Of a stretch of DNA of 64,000 nt, positions 18,286 to 27,644 are shown piece after piece (the stretch's first letter is position 1; the number at the start of each line of letters is the position of its first letter). Where the stretch lies: positions 56,803 to 120,802 of the forward strand of contig CAWEBF010000033.1 of assembly GCA_963807235.1 (NCBI GenBank). The letters run 5' to 3'. Under the pieces are notes generated by a model. It had not been told where the DNA came from, searched no databases, and saw nothing but the letters and a program-made list of their open reading frames with translations. The translations under genes were made by a program, and so were the position numbers. Origin of the DNA: an uncultured Acidobacteriota bacterium. Lineage in GTDB: Bacteria; Acidobacteriota; Vicinamibacteria; Vicinamibacterales; UBA2999.

Positions 18286-18943
18286 ATGCGTCAAACAGTG
18301 AAGGTAATTTCGATCGTCACGATCGCGGTCACAGTGCTAGTCGGACTCACGACGGCCGCCAGCGCGGCGCCCGTCCTGATCGTCAACGCCGGCTTCGAAG
18401 CACCGAGCCTCGTCGACAGCCAGGCCATCTTCATCGCGGCCGGGTGGGTAAGCGCCGGGGATTCGGGAACGTTCGATCCGCACGCGGCCGCCCTTTCGGC
18501 CGGCGCGCCTGAAGGGGAGAACGTGGCCTTTGCGAGCTTCGGCGGTCCCACCATCTCGCAGGTGCTGACCACCGCGGCGCAAGCCAACACCCTGTACACG
18601 CTCACGATGCTGGTCGGCGCGCGAAACTCGCATGGACGCAGAGCAGGAGACGGCTTTCGGCGGCTACCAGGCCGAGCTATGGGCCGGCGGCGCCATGCTG
18701 GCGCAAGACAACGATTCGCTGTTCCCGGACGAAGGCCAATTCCTGATGTCCACGGTCCAATACTTCGTGGCCTCTGGTGATCCGGTGGTTGGCTCACTCC
18801 TGGAGATTCGTTTCCGGTCGCTCGGCTACCAGACCCTGTTCGACGATGTGCGACTGGACGCCATCGAACGCGTGCCGGAACCGGCACTGCTCGCTCTGCT
18901 CGGCCTCGGCTGTGCGGCGGCCGCCCGCCGGAAGCGCCGCTAG
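18286..18943 (+). CDS. PEP-CTERM sorting-domain protein, one frame break
   Basis: The signal peptide MRQTVKVISIVTIAVTVLVGLTTAASA and IVNAGFEAP... lie in ORF 18256..18780. The frame switches near 18630 to ORF 18632..18943. That piece ends VPEPALLALLGLGCAAAARRKRR, a PEP motif followed by a TM helix and an Arg cluster. Confidence 0.75.
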
Positions 18944-18955
18944 ACAGCACCACAA

Positions 18956-18985
18956 ATCATCCGCGCCGGAATGTGCGCGGATGAT
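18956..18985 (+). terminator. Strong stem-loop after the PEP-CTERM gene (no U-tract)
   Basis: ATCATCCGCGC-cggaatgt-GCGCGGATGAT is a perfect 11-bp stem, 13 nt after the stop at 18943. Confidence 0.4.
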
Positions 18986-19100
18986 GCGCGCGAAGGTCGC
19001 CCATACGGGCGAAGGGTGGGTCATTGAGGGCCCACCCCGCGCGCACCTTCCGCCCGAACGATCAACGCACTGATGCGCGCGATGTAAGATCCGCACGACT

Positions 19101-21070
19101 GTGCGGACAACCGTAGCTGCGCTCGCAGCGCTTCTCACCTTGGCGACCGGCCCCAGCCTGGTGGGACAGGACCGGGCTGCCTGGTCGCCGCGCAACGCCA
19201 GCTACGACATCGACGTACGGCTGGATCACGCCGCGCGCACGCTGGCCGGCCGCGCCACTATCCGCTGGCGCAACATCTCCAACCGCCCGGCCACCGAGCT
19301 GCAGTTTCACCTGTACTGGAACGCGTGGCGGAACAACGACTCCACCTGGCTGCGCGAACGCAAGCTGACCGGCGCGCGCGATCCGCGGCCCGAGTCCTTC
19401 GGCTCGATCGACATCTCGGCGCTCCGTGTGCGCACGCCCAACGGCGCGTGGGTCGACGCGAAGTCGCGCGTGCAGTTCATCGCGCCCGACGACGGGAACA
19501 AGGACGACCGCACCGTGCTGCGCGTGCCGCTGGATCAGCCCGTGCCGCCGGGAGGCAGCGCCGAAGTGAACGTGGAGTGGGCGGCCAAGGTGCCGCAGCC
19601 CTTCGCCCGCACCGGCTACGTCGGCGACTACTACTTCATCGCCCAGTGGTTTCCCAAGCTGGGTGTGCTGGAGGACGAGGGCTGGAACACCCACCAGTTC
19701 CACTCGGCCACCGAGTTCTTCGCCGACTACGGCATATACAACGTGGCCATCACCGTGCCCACGCGGGTTCGTGGTGGGCGCCACGGGCTGCTCCACCGAT
19801 CCCGTGCCGCCGTCCACGCCGCCCTGCGCCACTCGCCGGGAAAGGACAACGGGGACGGCACGACCACGCACCGGTTTCGCGCGGAGGACGTCCACGACTT
19901 CGCCTGGACGGCCAGTCCCGACACCATCGACCTGACACGGCACGTTCCAGCATCCCACCCTGCCGTCGGTGCAGGTGCGCCTGCTGCTGCGGCCCGAGCG
20001 GCGCGATCAGGCGGAGCGCTACTTCGCCATCGTGGACGCCACGCTGCGGCTCTACGGCGAGTGGTTCGGCGCCTATCCCTACGGCTACGCCACAGTGGTC
20101 GATCCGGCGTTCCAGAGCGAGAGCGACGGGATGGATACCCACCTTCTTCACCGGCCGCGGGCGATGGCTGGCGCCCGCCACCGTGCAGACGCCGGAGATG
20201 ACCACGGCGCATGAAGCCGGGCACCAGTGGTGGTACGGCATGGTGGGCAGCAACGAGTTCGAGCACGCCTGGATGGACGAAGGGCTGAACACCTACGCCA
20301 CGGCACGCGTGCTGGACGAGGTCTTCTCGCCCAACTACGTGGAGCAGCGCTTCTTCGGCACGTTCATTCCCGTGGCCCATCAGGGGCGTGACCTTCGGGC
20401 GGCTGGACAACGACCGCCTGACCGGCTATCGCGACAACGCAGAGGCCGACGTCCAGTCCACGCCCACCTGGCGCTACTGGCCGTCCACGGCCACGTTCAT
20501 CTCCTACAACAAGACGGCGCTGTGGCTGCACACGCTGGAGCGCCATCTGGGCTGGCCCACCGTGCAGAAGATCCTCGCCACCTACTTCGAGCGATGGAGA
20601 GTTCCGGCATCCGAAGCCCGAGGACTTCTTCGCCGTCGTGAACGAGGTGAGCGGCAAGGACCTGACGTGGTTCTTCGACCAGGTGCACCGCAGCTCCAAC
20701 ACGTTCGACTACGCCGTCCAGGATCTGCGCAGCGACAGGCTGCCGTCGGGCGGGTATCGCACCAGCGTGATCGTGCGGCGGCTGGGGGAGGCGACGTTCC
20801 CCGTGGAGGTGGTCACCACCTTCGAAGGCGGCGCGCAGGCCACCGAGCGATGGGACGGGCTGGATCGCCGCGTGATCTTCCAGTACGACCGTCCGGAACG
20901 GGCCTCGTCCGCGGCCGTGGACCCGAAGCGCGTGCTGCTGCTGGACGCCCACTACACCAACAACAGCAAGACGCTGTCGCCGCGGTCCGGGGAGGCCGAG
21001 CCTGAAATGGGCGCTCACCTGGATGGTGTGGCTGCAGCAGCTGATGCTGTCCTACGGCTTCTTCGCCTGA
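19101..21070 (+). pseudogene. M1 family (gluzincin) aminopeptidase, about 7 frame changes
   Basis: Pieces lie in ORFs 19101..20201, 19663..19935, 19969..20214, 19325..20641 (HEAGHQWWYGMVGSNEFEHAWMDEGLNTY, i.e. HExxH+E), 20388..21005 and 20638..22092. An unlisted frame ends SLKWALTWMVWLQQLMLSYGFFA-TGA at 21068-21070. Confidence 0.85.
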
Positions 21071-21075
21071 GATGG

Positions 21076-22092
21076 GTGGCGTGTACCACGGCGTGGCTGG
21101 ACGGCTGGCGGCGCGTGCGGCACGCGCCGGCAATCCTGCTCGGCGTGTTCGCGCTCACGTTCGCGGCGGCCGTGCCCTTCGCCGTCGTGATGCGCAACGC
21201 GTTGGCGTCGCATCTGGGCGGCAGCCTCGAGGCCGCCACCGCGGCTGAGGGCGCGAACTGGAACTGGTGGCAGGAGTTCATCTCGCAGGCGTCGGGGCTC
21301 GGCGCCACGTTCACGCCACGCATCGTGGGGTTCGCGGCCACGCTGGATTCCGTGAGCGCCATCCTCGATGCACGCCGCGAAACCACGGCCCTGTTGGGCC
21401 TGCTGGCTGGCTATCTGGCGCTCTGGATGTGGCTGCAAGGAGGCATCATCGACCGCTACGCCCGGCAGCGCCCCACGCGGGCGCATGGCTTTGCCTCGGC
21501 CAGCGGCGTGTTCTTCTTCCGGTTTCTCCGTCTGGGCGTGATGGCGGTCGTCGTGTACTGGTGGCTCTTCGCCTACGTGCACCCGTGGCTGTTTGACGGG
21601 CGCTACACCGACCTGACGCGCGGACTCGACAGCGAACGCGTGGCCTTTGCCTGGCGCGCCGCCTTCTACGCGCTGTTCGGGCTGTTGGTCGTGGCCGTCA
21701 ACGTCTCGTTCGACTACGCGCGCATCCGCATGGTGGTGGAAGACCGCCGCAGCGCCATCGCCACGCTGGCCGCCGCCGTGCGATTCATCCTGCGGCGGCC
21801 GGGCGCCGTGGCCGGCTTGTGGGTGGCCAACGCGCTGGTGTTCGTGGTGCTGGCGGCGGTGTGGGCACTCGTCGCGCCGGGCGTCGTGTCGTCCGGTCCA
21901 ATCATGTGGCTGGCCTTCCTGGCCGCGCAGCTCTTCGTGCTGGCTCGCCTGGCATTGAAGCTCCAATTCCTGGCGTCGCAGACATCACTCTTTCAGGCCA
22001 GTCTGGCGCACGCGCGGTACGTCGCCTCGCCGGTGCCGCGCTGGCCGGAATCACCGGCGGTGGAGTCCGTGACGTATTCTGGAGTTCAGTGA
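21076..22092 (+). CDS. Polytopic integral membrane protein, hypothetical
   Basis: Distal part of ORF 20638..22092. A GTG at 21076 sits just after the M1 stop. There are at least 6 hydrophobic helices (ILLGVFALTFAAAVPFAVV, LLGLLAGYLALWMWL, VMAVVVYWWLFAYV, ...). I recognised no motif. Confidence 0.6.
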   Translation: MACTTAWLDGWRRVRHAPAILLGVFALTFAAAVPFAVVMRNALASHLGGSLEAATAAEGANWNWWQEFISQASGLGATFTPRIVGFAATLDSVSAILDARRETTALLGLLAGYLALWMWLQGGIIDRYARQRPTRAHGFASASGVFFFRFLRLGVMAVVVYWWLFAYVHPWLFDGRYTDLTRGLDSERVAFAWRAAFYALFGLLVVAVNVSFDYARIRMVVEDRRSAIATLAAAVRFILRRPGAVAGLWVANALVFVVLAAVWALVAPGVVSSGPIMWLAFLAAQLFVLARLALKLQFLASQTSLFQASLAHARYVASPVPRWPESPAVESVTYSGVQ

Positions 22093-23224
22093 CCCTCGAC
22101 AGCTATCCGGCGGCCCGCCTGGCCGCGCCCAAGGTCCACGCGTACTTCGCCCAGCACCTGGCGACCTCGCCCCCGGCAGCAACGCTGGCGGCCGTCCCCG
22201 ACGAAGGCGTGATCCGCGAAGTGATCGACGCGGCGTTCTGGGCAAGCCTCAGGCGCGAGGAGGGGTACGAGCCGAAGATCTCCCTGGCCTACCTGCCACC
22301 CGAGCAGGACGAACAACCGCTCGTCTTCGAACGTCCGTTGCCGCTGCGCGCCGCCACGCTCGCCAAGCTGGCGCCGATCGTCGAGCGCGCGGGCATTCAC
22401 CTCGGCGTCTGGCACGTGGACGGCGAGCTGCGGGTGTGGGGCACGACGCAGAACATTCCCGTGCTGTGCTTCGTGCTGGAGGTCGTGGAGCCTGGACTGC
22501 TGGTCGTGAAGCACCACCGGGGCGCGCAGGCCGCCAAATACGTGAACGTGGCGGTGCTGGAGGGAGACCACGTCAAGCTCGTGGACGAGTCCGCGACCAG
22601 GCTGCCCGATTGCCCCGAGCTGCTCACGTCGCTGCTGGGGTTTCACACCACCAAATCCTGGGTCGGCCCCGTAAACGTGCTCGTGCAGCTGGCCGTTGCG
22701 ATGCGCGCGCACGGCCGTGGCGGGTCGCTCCTCATCGTGCCCGCGGAAAGCGGCGAGTGGCGCGACTCGATCGTGCACCCCATCACCTACGCCGTGTCCC
22801 CGCCGTTCGTGGCACTCTCGAAGATCATCGCAGGAGGCGTCGGGCAGCGAACAGACGACGCATCTGGCGCGACTCGTTCAAGGAGGCCATCGACACGGTG
22901 GCGGGCCTGACGGCGGTGGATGGCGCAGCGGTGATGGCCGACAACCACGACCTGCTGGCCTTCGGCGCCAAGATCACGCGGCGCCGCGGCTCGCCGCTGG
23001 TCGAGCACGTGACGCTGACCGAGCCGATCGAGGGCGGCTCCCCGCTCATTGTCACGCCCGCGGATCTCGGTGGCACACGGCACCTGTCCGCCGCTCAGTT
23101 CATCCACGATCAGCGTGGAGCGGTGGCGCTCGTGGCTTCGCAAGACCGGCGCTTCACTGTCTTCGCCTGGTCACCCCACGAAGCGAGGGTGCACGCCCAT
23201 CGCGTCGAGTCGTTGTTGCTCTAG
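22089..23224 (+). CDS. DisA_N/DAC (diadenylate-cyclase-like) domain protein with uncharacterised N-terminal domain, one frame break
   Basis: The GTG at 22089 overlaps the upstream stop (GTGA). The N-terminal half is in ORF 21819..22910. The frame switches near 22850 to ORF 22436..23224. DAC-like motifs: GGSLLIV, LTAVDGAAVMADNHDLLAFGAKI (DGA), GGTRHLSAAQF (RHR position reads RHL), ALVASQDRRFTVFAW. Confidence 0.6.
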
Positions 23225-23230
23225 AGGGCC

Positions 23231-23701
23231 CTATCGAGGAGCGCCGGGTGACCGCTGGATGACGATCTGGCGAAGCCGCTCGGAATCGGTGCCCAGCGCG
23301 TCGAATCCAGAGGGAAACCCGTTGGACTTCAGCAGGTGGGCGGCCAGGTCCACGTACTGAGCCCGCGTGAGCGATCCCGGCGCCGAGGGCGGCATGGATC
23401 GCTGCATGTGAGCCACCAGCTCGTCCAGGCTCCTGGTGCTCCATCGCTGCATGAACGGGTCTCCCGCCAGGGCCGGTATCTCCGAGACCGCATCGCCGTC
23501 CAACCCGGAACCGTGGCACTCGACGCACTGGCGGCCATAGATTTCCTCACCGCGGCCTGCTTGGGCCTCGGTGAACACCCGGTCCCACACCGATCGCCTT
23601 GTTGGCGGATCGGCTTGCTGCGGAGCCGTGGCCACAGCCACGGCCGCCGTCGCCGCGACCACCTGCGCCAGCGCGCATAACACCAGCCCGACCGTACCCA
23701 A
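23231..23701 (-). CDS. c-type cytochrome (mono-haem), secreted
   Basis: Signal peptide, haem-binding site CVECH, and a distal Met candidate in PFMQRW. The start codon is TTG. Confidence 0.8.
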   Translation of the reverse strand: MGTVGLVLCALAQVVAATAAVAVATAPQQADPPTRRSVWDRVFTEAQAGRGEEIYGRQCVECHGSGLDGDAVSEIPALAGDPFMQRWSTRSLDELVAHMQRSMPPSAPGSLTRAQYVDLAAHLLKSNGFPSGFDALGTDSERLRQIVIQRSPGAPR

Positions 23702-23810
23702 CCCTACGTCCGTTCACGCTCCACCTCTGACTCAATCCACCGACAACGCGCGGCCGGTCACGCGACTAGCGTGCAAAGGCCGCCTGCCGACGCAGATACA
23801 ATCAACAGAC

Positions 23811-24407
23811 ATGGCGACATCTAGCCATCCCCCGATGGCGCCAGAACTGGAAGCCTTTCGCAAAGAGTTCGATGCGGTTGCCCGTGACGCCGACGCGCTG
23901 CTGGCCTCGCTGTCCGACACCCAATTCTACTGGTCTCCCAATCCCGCCACGTGGTCGGTGGCGCAATGCATCGAACATCTGAACGTCACGGCCAGAAGCT
24001 ACCTGCCGATGCTCGACGACAGCATCGCATCGGCCAAGCGCTGGGGAGTCTACGGCACGGGACCCTTCCGGTATCGGTGGTTCAGCCGGTTCTTCGTGAA
24101 GCAGATGGAGCCGCCCGTACGCCGGCGTTTCAAGGCGGCGGCCGTCTTCGCGCCGGCGCCGCAGTCGGCGCCGCAGCGCAAGCGCACAGAAATCGAAGCC
24201 GGCTTTCGCGGCTACCAGGTCCAGTTCGTGGACCGGCTACGGCAAGCCAACGGCGTGGACCTGGCGAAGGCTCGCGTGCAGTCGCCGGCCAACCGCTGGG
24301 TGCGGCTGGATCTCGGCGCCGGTTTCGCGCTGATGGTCGCGCACGAGCGGCGGCATTTGTGGCAGGCCCAACAGTTGACCGTGCGGCCCGACTTCCCGAA
24401 GGCGTGA
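23811..24407 (+). CDS. DinB-family (DinB_2) protein
   Basis: Within ORF 23571..24407, from ATG 23811 (MATSSHPP). Metal-binding His pattern of a helical bundle: WSVAQCIEHLNVT...MVAHERRHLWQA. Confidence 0.75.
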   Translation: MATSSHPPMAPELEAFRKEFDAVARDADALLASLSDTQFYWSPNPATWSVAQCIEHLNVTARSYLPMLDDSIASAKRWGVYGTGPFRYRWFSRFFVKQMEPPVRRRFKAAAVFAPAPQSAPQRKRTEIEAGFRGYQVQFVDRLRQANGVDLAKARVQSPANRWVRLDLGAGFALMVAHERRHLWQAQQLTVRPDFPKA

Positions 24408-24414
24408 CCCACCC

Positions 24415-24903
24415 GTGACCACTCTCCGCTACGTCTACGTGCTGGCCCTCGTGGTGTGGTTGGGCGGGATGGTGGCGATCGGTGCCGTGGTCGCCCCCAC
24501 AATCTTCCAGACGCTCCAGGTCGTGGCGCCACAAGAAGGCCGTGCGTTTGCCGGCGAAGCGTTCAAGGCCATCCTGATCAGGTTTCACTACGTCGCGTAC
24601 GCATGCGGCGCCCTGCTGCTGTTGTCGCTCGTCGGCATGGGTCTGCTTGGCCCGCGCCCCAAGGGATATGCCATCCGGGCCGCGCTCGTCGCGCTGATGC
24701 TGGCCATCGCGCTCTACTCCGGTCTCGTGGTCCTGGCCGAGATCGACGGGATCCAGGCGGCCGTGGGCACGCTGCCGTCGCGGCTAGCCGTCGGGGATCC
24801 GAGGCGCGTGCGCTTCGACGAGTTGCACGTTCTTGCCACGCGGCTGATGCAGGCAAACATCGTCGCGGCGCTGGCGCTGCTGTGGTGGGAAGCCCGAGAC
24901 TAG
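24415..24903 (+). CDS. DUF4149/TMEM205-like four-helix membrane protein
   Basis: GTG start with four hydrophobic helices. The N-terminus LRYVYVLALVVWLGGMVAIGAVVAPTIF is typical of the family (from memory). Confidence 0.65.
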   Translation: MTTLRYVYVLALVVWLGGMVAIGAVVAPTIFQTLQVVAPQEGRAFAGEAFKAILIRFHYVAYACGALLLLSLVGMGLLGPRPKGYAIRAALVALMLAIALYSGLVVLAEIDGIQAAVGTLPSRLAVGDPRRVRFDELHVLATRLMQANIVAALALLWWEARD

Positions 24904-24960
24904 GGGCAACTGAGCCTGCAAGTTGGCCAGAGGCCCGGTGGTATAGTCGGTGAGTTCTTG

Positions 24961-26085
24961 ATGCTGCTCGATGAGATCACGAAGGCGGTGCTCTCCAGGG
25001 AAGAAGTCTCCAAATACCTGGAAGACAGCCGGCACGAAAGTGGGGGCGCCGCACGCGCGCGCATCGAGTCCTATCTCGAGGAGCTGCGCACCACCCAGCG
25101 CTACTCGATCTACAAGGCACTGAAGCACCCGCTCTATCCCATTCTTCGCAAGATCGACCGCATCGGAGAGCACGTCGAGCACGTGAAGACCGCGGCGCGC
25201 GGCGGCCGCATCGTGTACGCGTCCAACCACCGCAGCCATATCGACTATCTGGTCGGGCCGCTGGTGCTCGACGACAACGGCATCCGGCCGCCGATCATCG
25301 CCGCCGGCATCAACCTGTTCGGCGGCCCGTTGGGCCTGCTGCACCGCCATGTGACCGGTGCGCTGCCGATCCGGCGCAACACCAAGGATCCCGTCTACCT
25401 CATCACGCTCAAGGCCTACGTGGCCGAGATGATGCGGTCGCACGACTTCTTCTTCTACCCGGAGGGTGGCCGCAGCTACAGCGGGGAGATGAAGCCGCCC
25501 AAGACCGGCCTGATGCACGCGGCACTCCACGCTGAGCATGCGCACGTGTCGATCATCCCGACGGCAGTGGCCTACGACCTCGTGTTGGAGGATCACGTGC
25601 TGGCCCGACAACGTGTCAAGCGCGTGCAGCGAGCCTTCAGCCGCGAGCTGGCCGAGATGGTGCGCTATGCGGTGGGCTACAAGTCGCGCGCCTACGTGAC
25701 ATTCGGGAAGCCGATGTCGGTCAAAGGCATCGACCCCGAGTCGCGCCGCGCGGTGTTGGACCTGACCCATGAGGTAATGGAGCAGGTGGGGCGCCAGTAC
25801 AAGGTGCTGCCCACGGCAGTCGTGTCGGCGTCCATGCGCCCGTCCATCACCTTGCAGGATCTGACCGACCGGTCGGAGCGGCTGATCGAGTCCTTGCGTG
25901 CCGCGGGCGCCAACATGGGTGTAGCCACCGGCGCCGAAGCTGTCGCCTCGGCCGTGGAAACACTGGAAGCGCGCGGTGTGCTGGTCGTGGTCGAAGGACG
26001 AGTCCGCGTCCGCGACCGCAACGTGCTGCGCTACTACGGCCGCGGCGTGGATCATCTGCTCGCGCGTTCCCGTCGCACCCACTGA
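24961..26085 (+). CDS. Glycerol-3-phosphate/lysophospholipid acyltransferase family protein (PlsB-like)
   Basis: HX4D motif in YASNHRSHIDYLV, plus FFFYPEGGRSYSG and IIPTAVAYD blocks. The ATG at 24961 is preferred over the TTG at 24958. Confidence 0.8.
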   Translation: MLLDEITKAVLSREEVSKYLEDSRHESGGAARARIESYLEELRTTQRYSIYKALKHPLYPILRKIDRIGEHVEHVKTAARGGRIVYASNHRSHIDYLVGPLVLDDNGIRPPIIAAGINLFGGPLGLLHRHVTGALPIRRNTKDPVYLITLKAYVAEMMRSHDFFFYPEGGRSYSGEMKPPKTGLMHAALHAEHAHVSIIPTAVAYDLVLEDHVLARQRVKRVQRAFSRELAEMVRYAVGYKSRAYVTFGKPMSVKGIDPESRRAVLDLTHEVMEQVGRQYKVLPTAVVSASMRPSITLQDLTDRSERLIESLRAAGANMGVATGAEAVASAVETLEARGVLVVVEGRVRVRDRNVLRYYGRGVDHLLARSRRTH

Positions 26086-26089
26086 AGCG

Positions 26090-27010
26090 GTGTTTCACTG
26101 GCTGTCACGTAGTGCCCGTCTCAAGCGGCTCGCGTCGCGCTACGGCCTGGCGCGTCCCAACAGCTTCGCGCGCCGATTCATCGCAGGCGAGACCCTGGAC
26201 GAGGCCCTGGTCGCCGCCCGCGCCTTGCAGGCGGCCGGCTTTCACCTGACCCTCGACTACCTGGGCGAGAGCGTCGGGTCGTTCGACGCCGCCACTGCCG
26301 CCGCCCGGGAATACGTGAAGCTGGTAGACGCCATCGTGGTCTCGGGGGTCGAGCGCAACATCTCCTTGAAGCTCACCCAGCTCGGCGCCGGCATCGACCT
26401 CGCCACCTGCGTGGACAACCTTCGCCGAATCGTGGACGCGGCGCAGCAAGTGGATTGCTTCGTCCGCATCGACATGGAGAATTCGCCCTATACCGAACGC
26501 ACGCTGGAGGCGTTCGAAATCCTGTGGCAACGGCATTACCGCAACCTGGGTGTGGCGCTGCAGGCGTGCCTGCATCGCACGGGTGGCGACATCGAACGGA
26601 TGAACCAGCTGGGCGCCCGCGTGCGGCTGGTGAAGGGGGCCTACAAGGAGCCGGCGTCGGTGGCCTATCAAAAGAAGGCCGAAGTGGACGACGCCTTCGT
26701 GCGGCACACGAAGACGCTGCTCGATCACGGCACTTACCCCGCCATTGCCACCCACGACCCGGTGATGTTGAACGCAGCGTGCGACTACGCGGTGAAGCAA
26801 GGGGTCGCATTCGACCGCTTCGAATTCCAGATGCTGTACGGCGTGCGGCGCGACCTGCAGCGGAAGTTGGTGGCACAGGGACACCAGATGCGCGTCTACG
26901 TGCCGTTTGGGAAGGAATGGTTCCCCTATTTCATGCGGCGGCTGGGCGAGCGGCCGGCCAACGTGTGGTTCGTGGTCCGCGCGATCGTGAGCGAAAAGCC
27001 AGGCGATTAA
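26090..27010 (+). CDS. Proline dehydrogenase (monofunctional)
   Basis: Distal part of ORF 25976..27010, with GTG at 26090 just after the upstream stop. Family blocks: FIAGETLDEAL, ISLKLTQLG, VRIDMENS, VRLVKGAY, IATHD, FEFQMLYGVR. Confidence 0.9.
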   Translation: MFHWLSRSARLKRLASRYGLARPNSFARRFIAGETLDEALVAARALQAAGFHLTLDYLGESVGSFDAATAAAREYVKLVDAIVVSGVERNISLKLTQLGAGIDLATCVDNLRRIVDAAQQVDCFVRIDMENSPYTERTLEAFEILWQRHYRNLGVALQACLHRTGGDIERMNQLGARVRLVKGAYKEPASVAYQKKAEVDDAFVRHTKTLLDHGTYPAIATHDPVMLNAACDYAVKQGVAFDRFEFQMLYGVRRDLQRKLVAQGHQMRVYVPFGKEWFPYFMRRLGERPANVWFVVRAIVSEKPGD

Positions 27011-27018
27011 CGCCTGTG

Positions 27019-27053
27019 GTCGCCCCGGGCGGCGACTAATTGTTCTCTTTTCT
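27019..27053 (+). terminator. Possible intrinsic terminator of the proline dehydrogenase gene
   Basis: GTCGCC-ccgggc-GGCGAC stem-loop followed by the T-rich tail TAATTGTTCTCTTTTCTC. Confidence 0.4.
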
Positions 27054-27266
27054 CGCCTCCAAGACGATTCGTCTCAAATCGGCACAGTTTCGCGAAACGC
27101 CTCAGGTCGACCTCTAACTCCCTGTGGGAGGCGCACTTGGCGGGGTGGCACGAAAACGCCGCGGAAGAGCTGTTCGCCTCACCAGAGTTGGGCGTTTAGG
27201 GTGACAGCGGGCGAGCGTGCCCTAACTCATTGCGGCAGCAAACCTTGCTGCAGCGTGTATGCGGAT

Positions 27267-27282
27267 TGGCACTGCTCTTGAA
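27267..27282 (+). promoter_or_regulatory. Weak sigma-54-like -24/-12 motif
   Basis: TGGCAC-tgctc-TTGA lies 30 nt upstream of ATG 27312. The mismatch falls on the normally conserved C of the -12 GC. Confidence 0.25.
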
Positions 27283-27311
27283 CTAGATCGAGCCAAGAGG
27301 ACCAGACTCCC

Positions 27312-27563
27312 ATGACGACCGAAGATGGATTGCTTACCCGCTTGGCCGTGAAGATCCGGCAGGGTGTGTGTGCGCTCCACGGCCACGATTCACTGTTGCA
27401 CTTCGACAACGGGCGCATCTCGCTGATGTGCTTTTCGTGCGGGCACGAGTCCCCCGGGTGGGAAGTCGGCGGCCGCGCGGCACGCAAGCAGACCGCGCCG
27501 GCACCAAGCCGCATGCCGAGCGTCGTGCACGTCGCCTACGCGGACCAGCGTCGCGTCGCGTAG
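27312..27563 (+). CDS. Small hypothetical protein with zinc-ribbon-like Cys/His pattern
   Basis: 83 aa with G/C-rich third positions. Pattern: CALHGH...CFSCGH. An AAGAGGA RBS sits at 27295-27301. Confidence 0.45.
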   Translation: MTTEDGLLTRLAVKIRQGVCALHGHDSLLHFDNGRISLMCFSCGHESPGWEVGGRAARKQTAPAPSRMPSVVHVAYADQRRVA

Positions 27564-27644
27564 GCGCGGCCTGCAGCCGACCAAAGGCGAGTGGCGTAGG
27601 CGCGGCCTACAGCGAACGCGCGTCGCGTAGCCGCGGCTTCGTCC

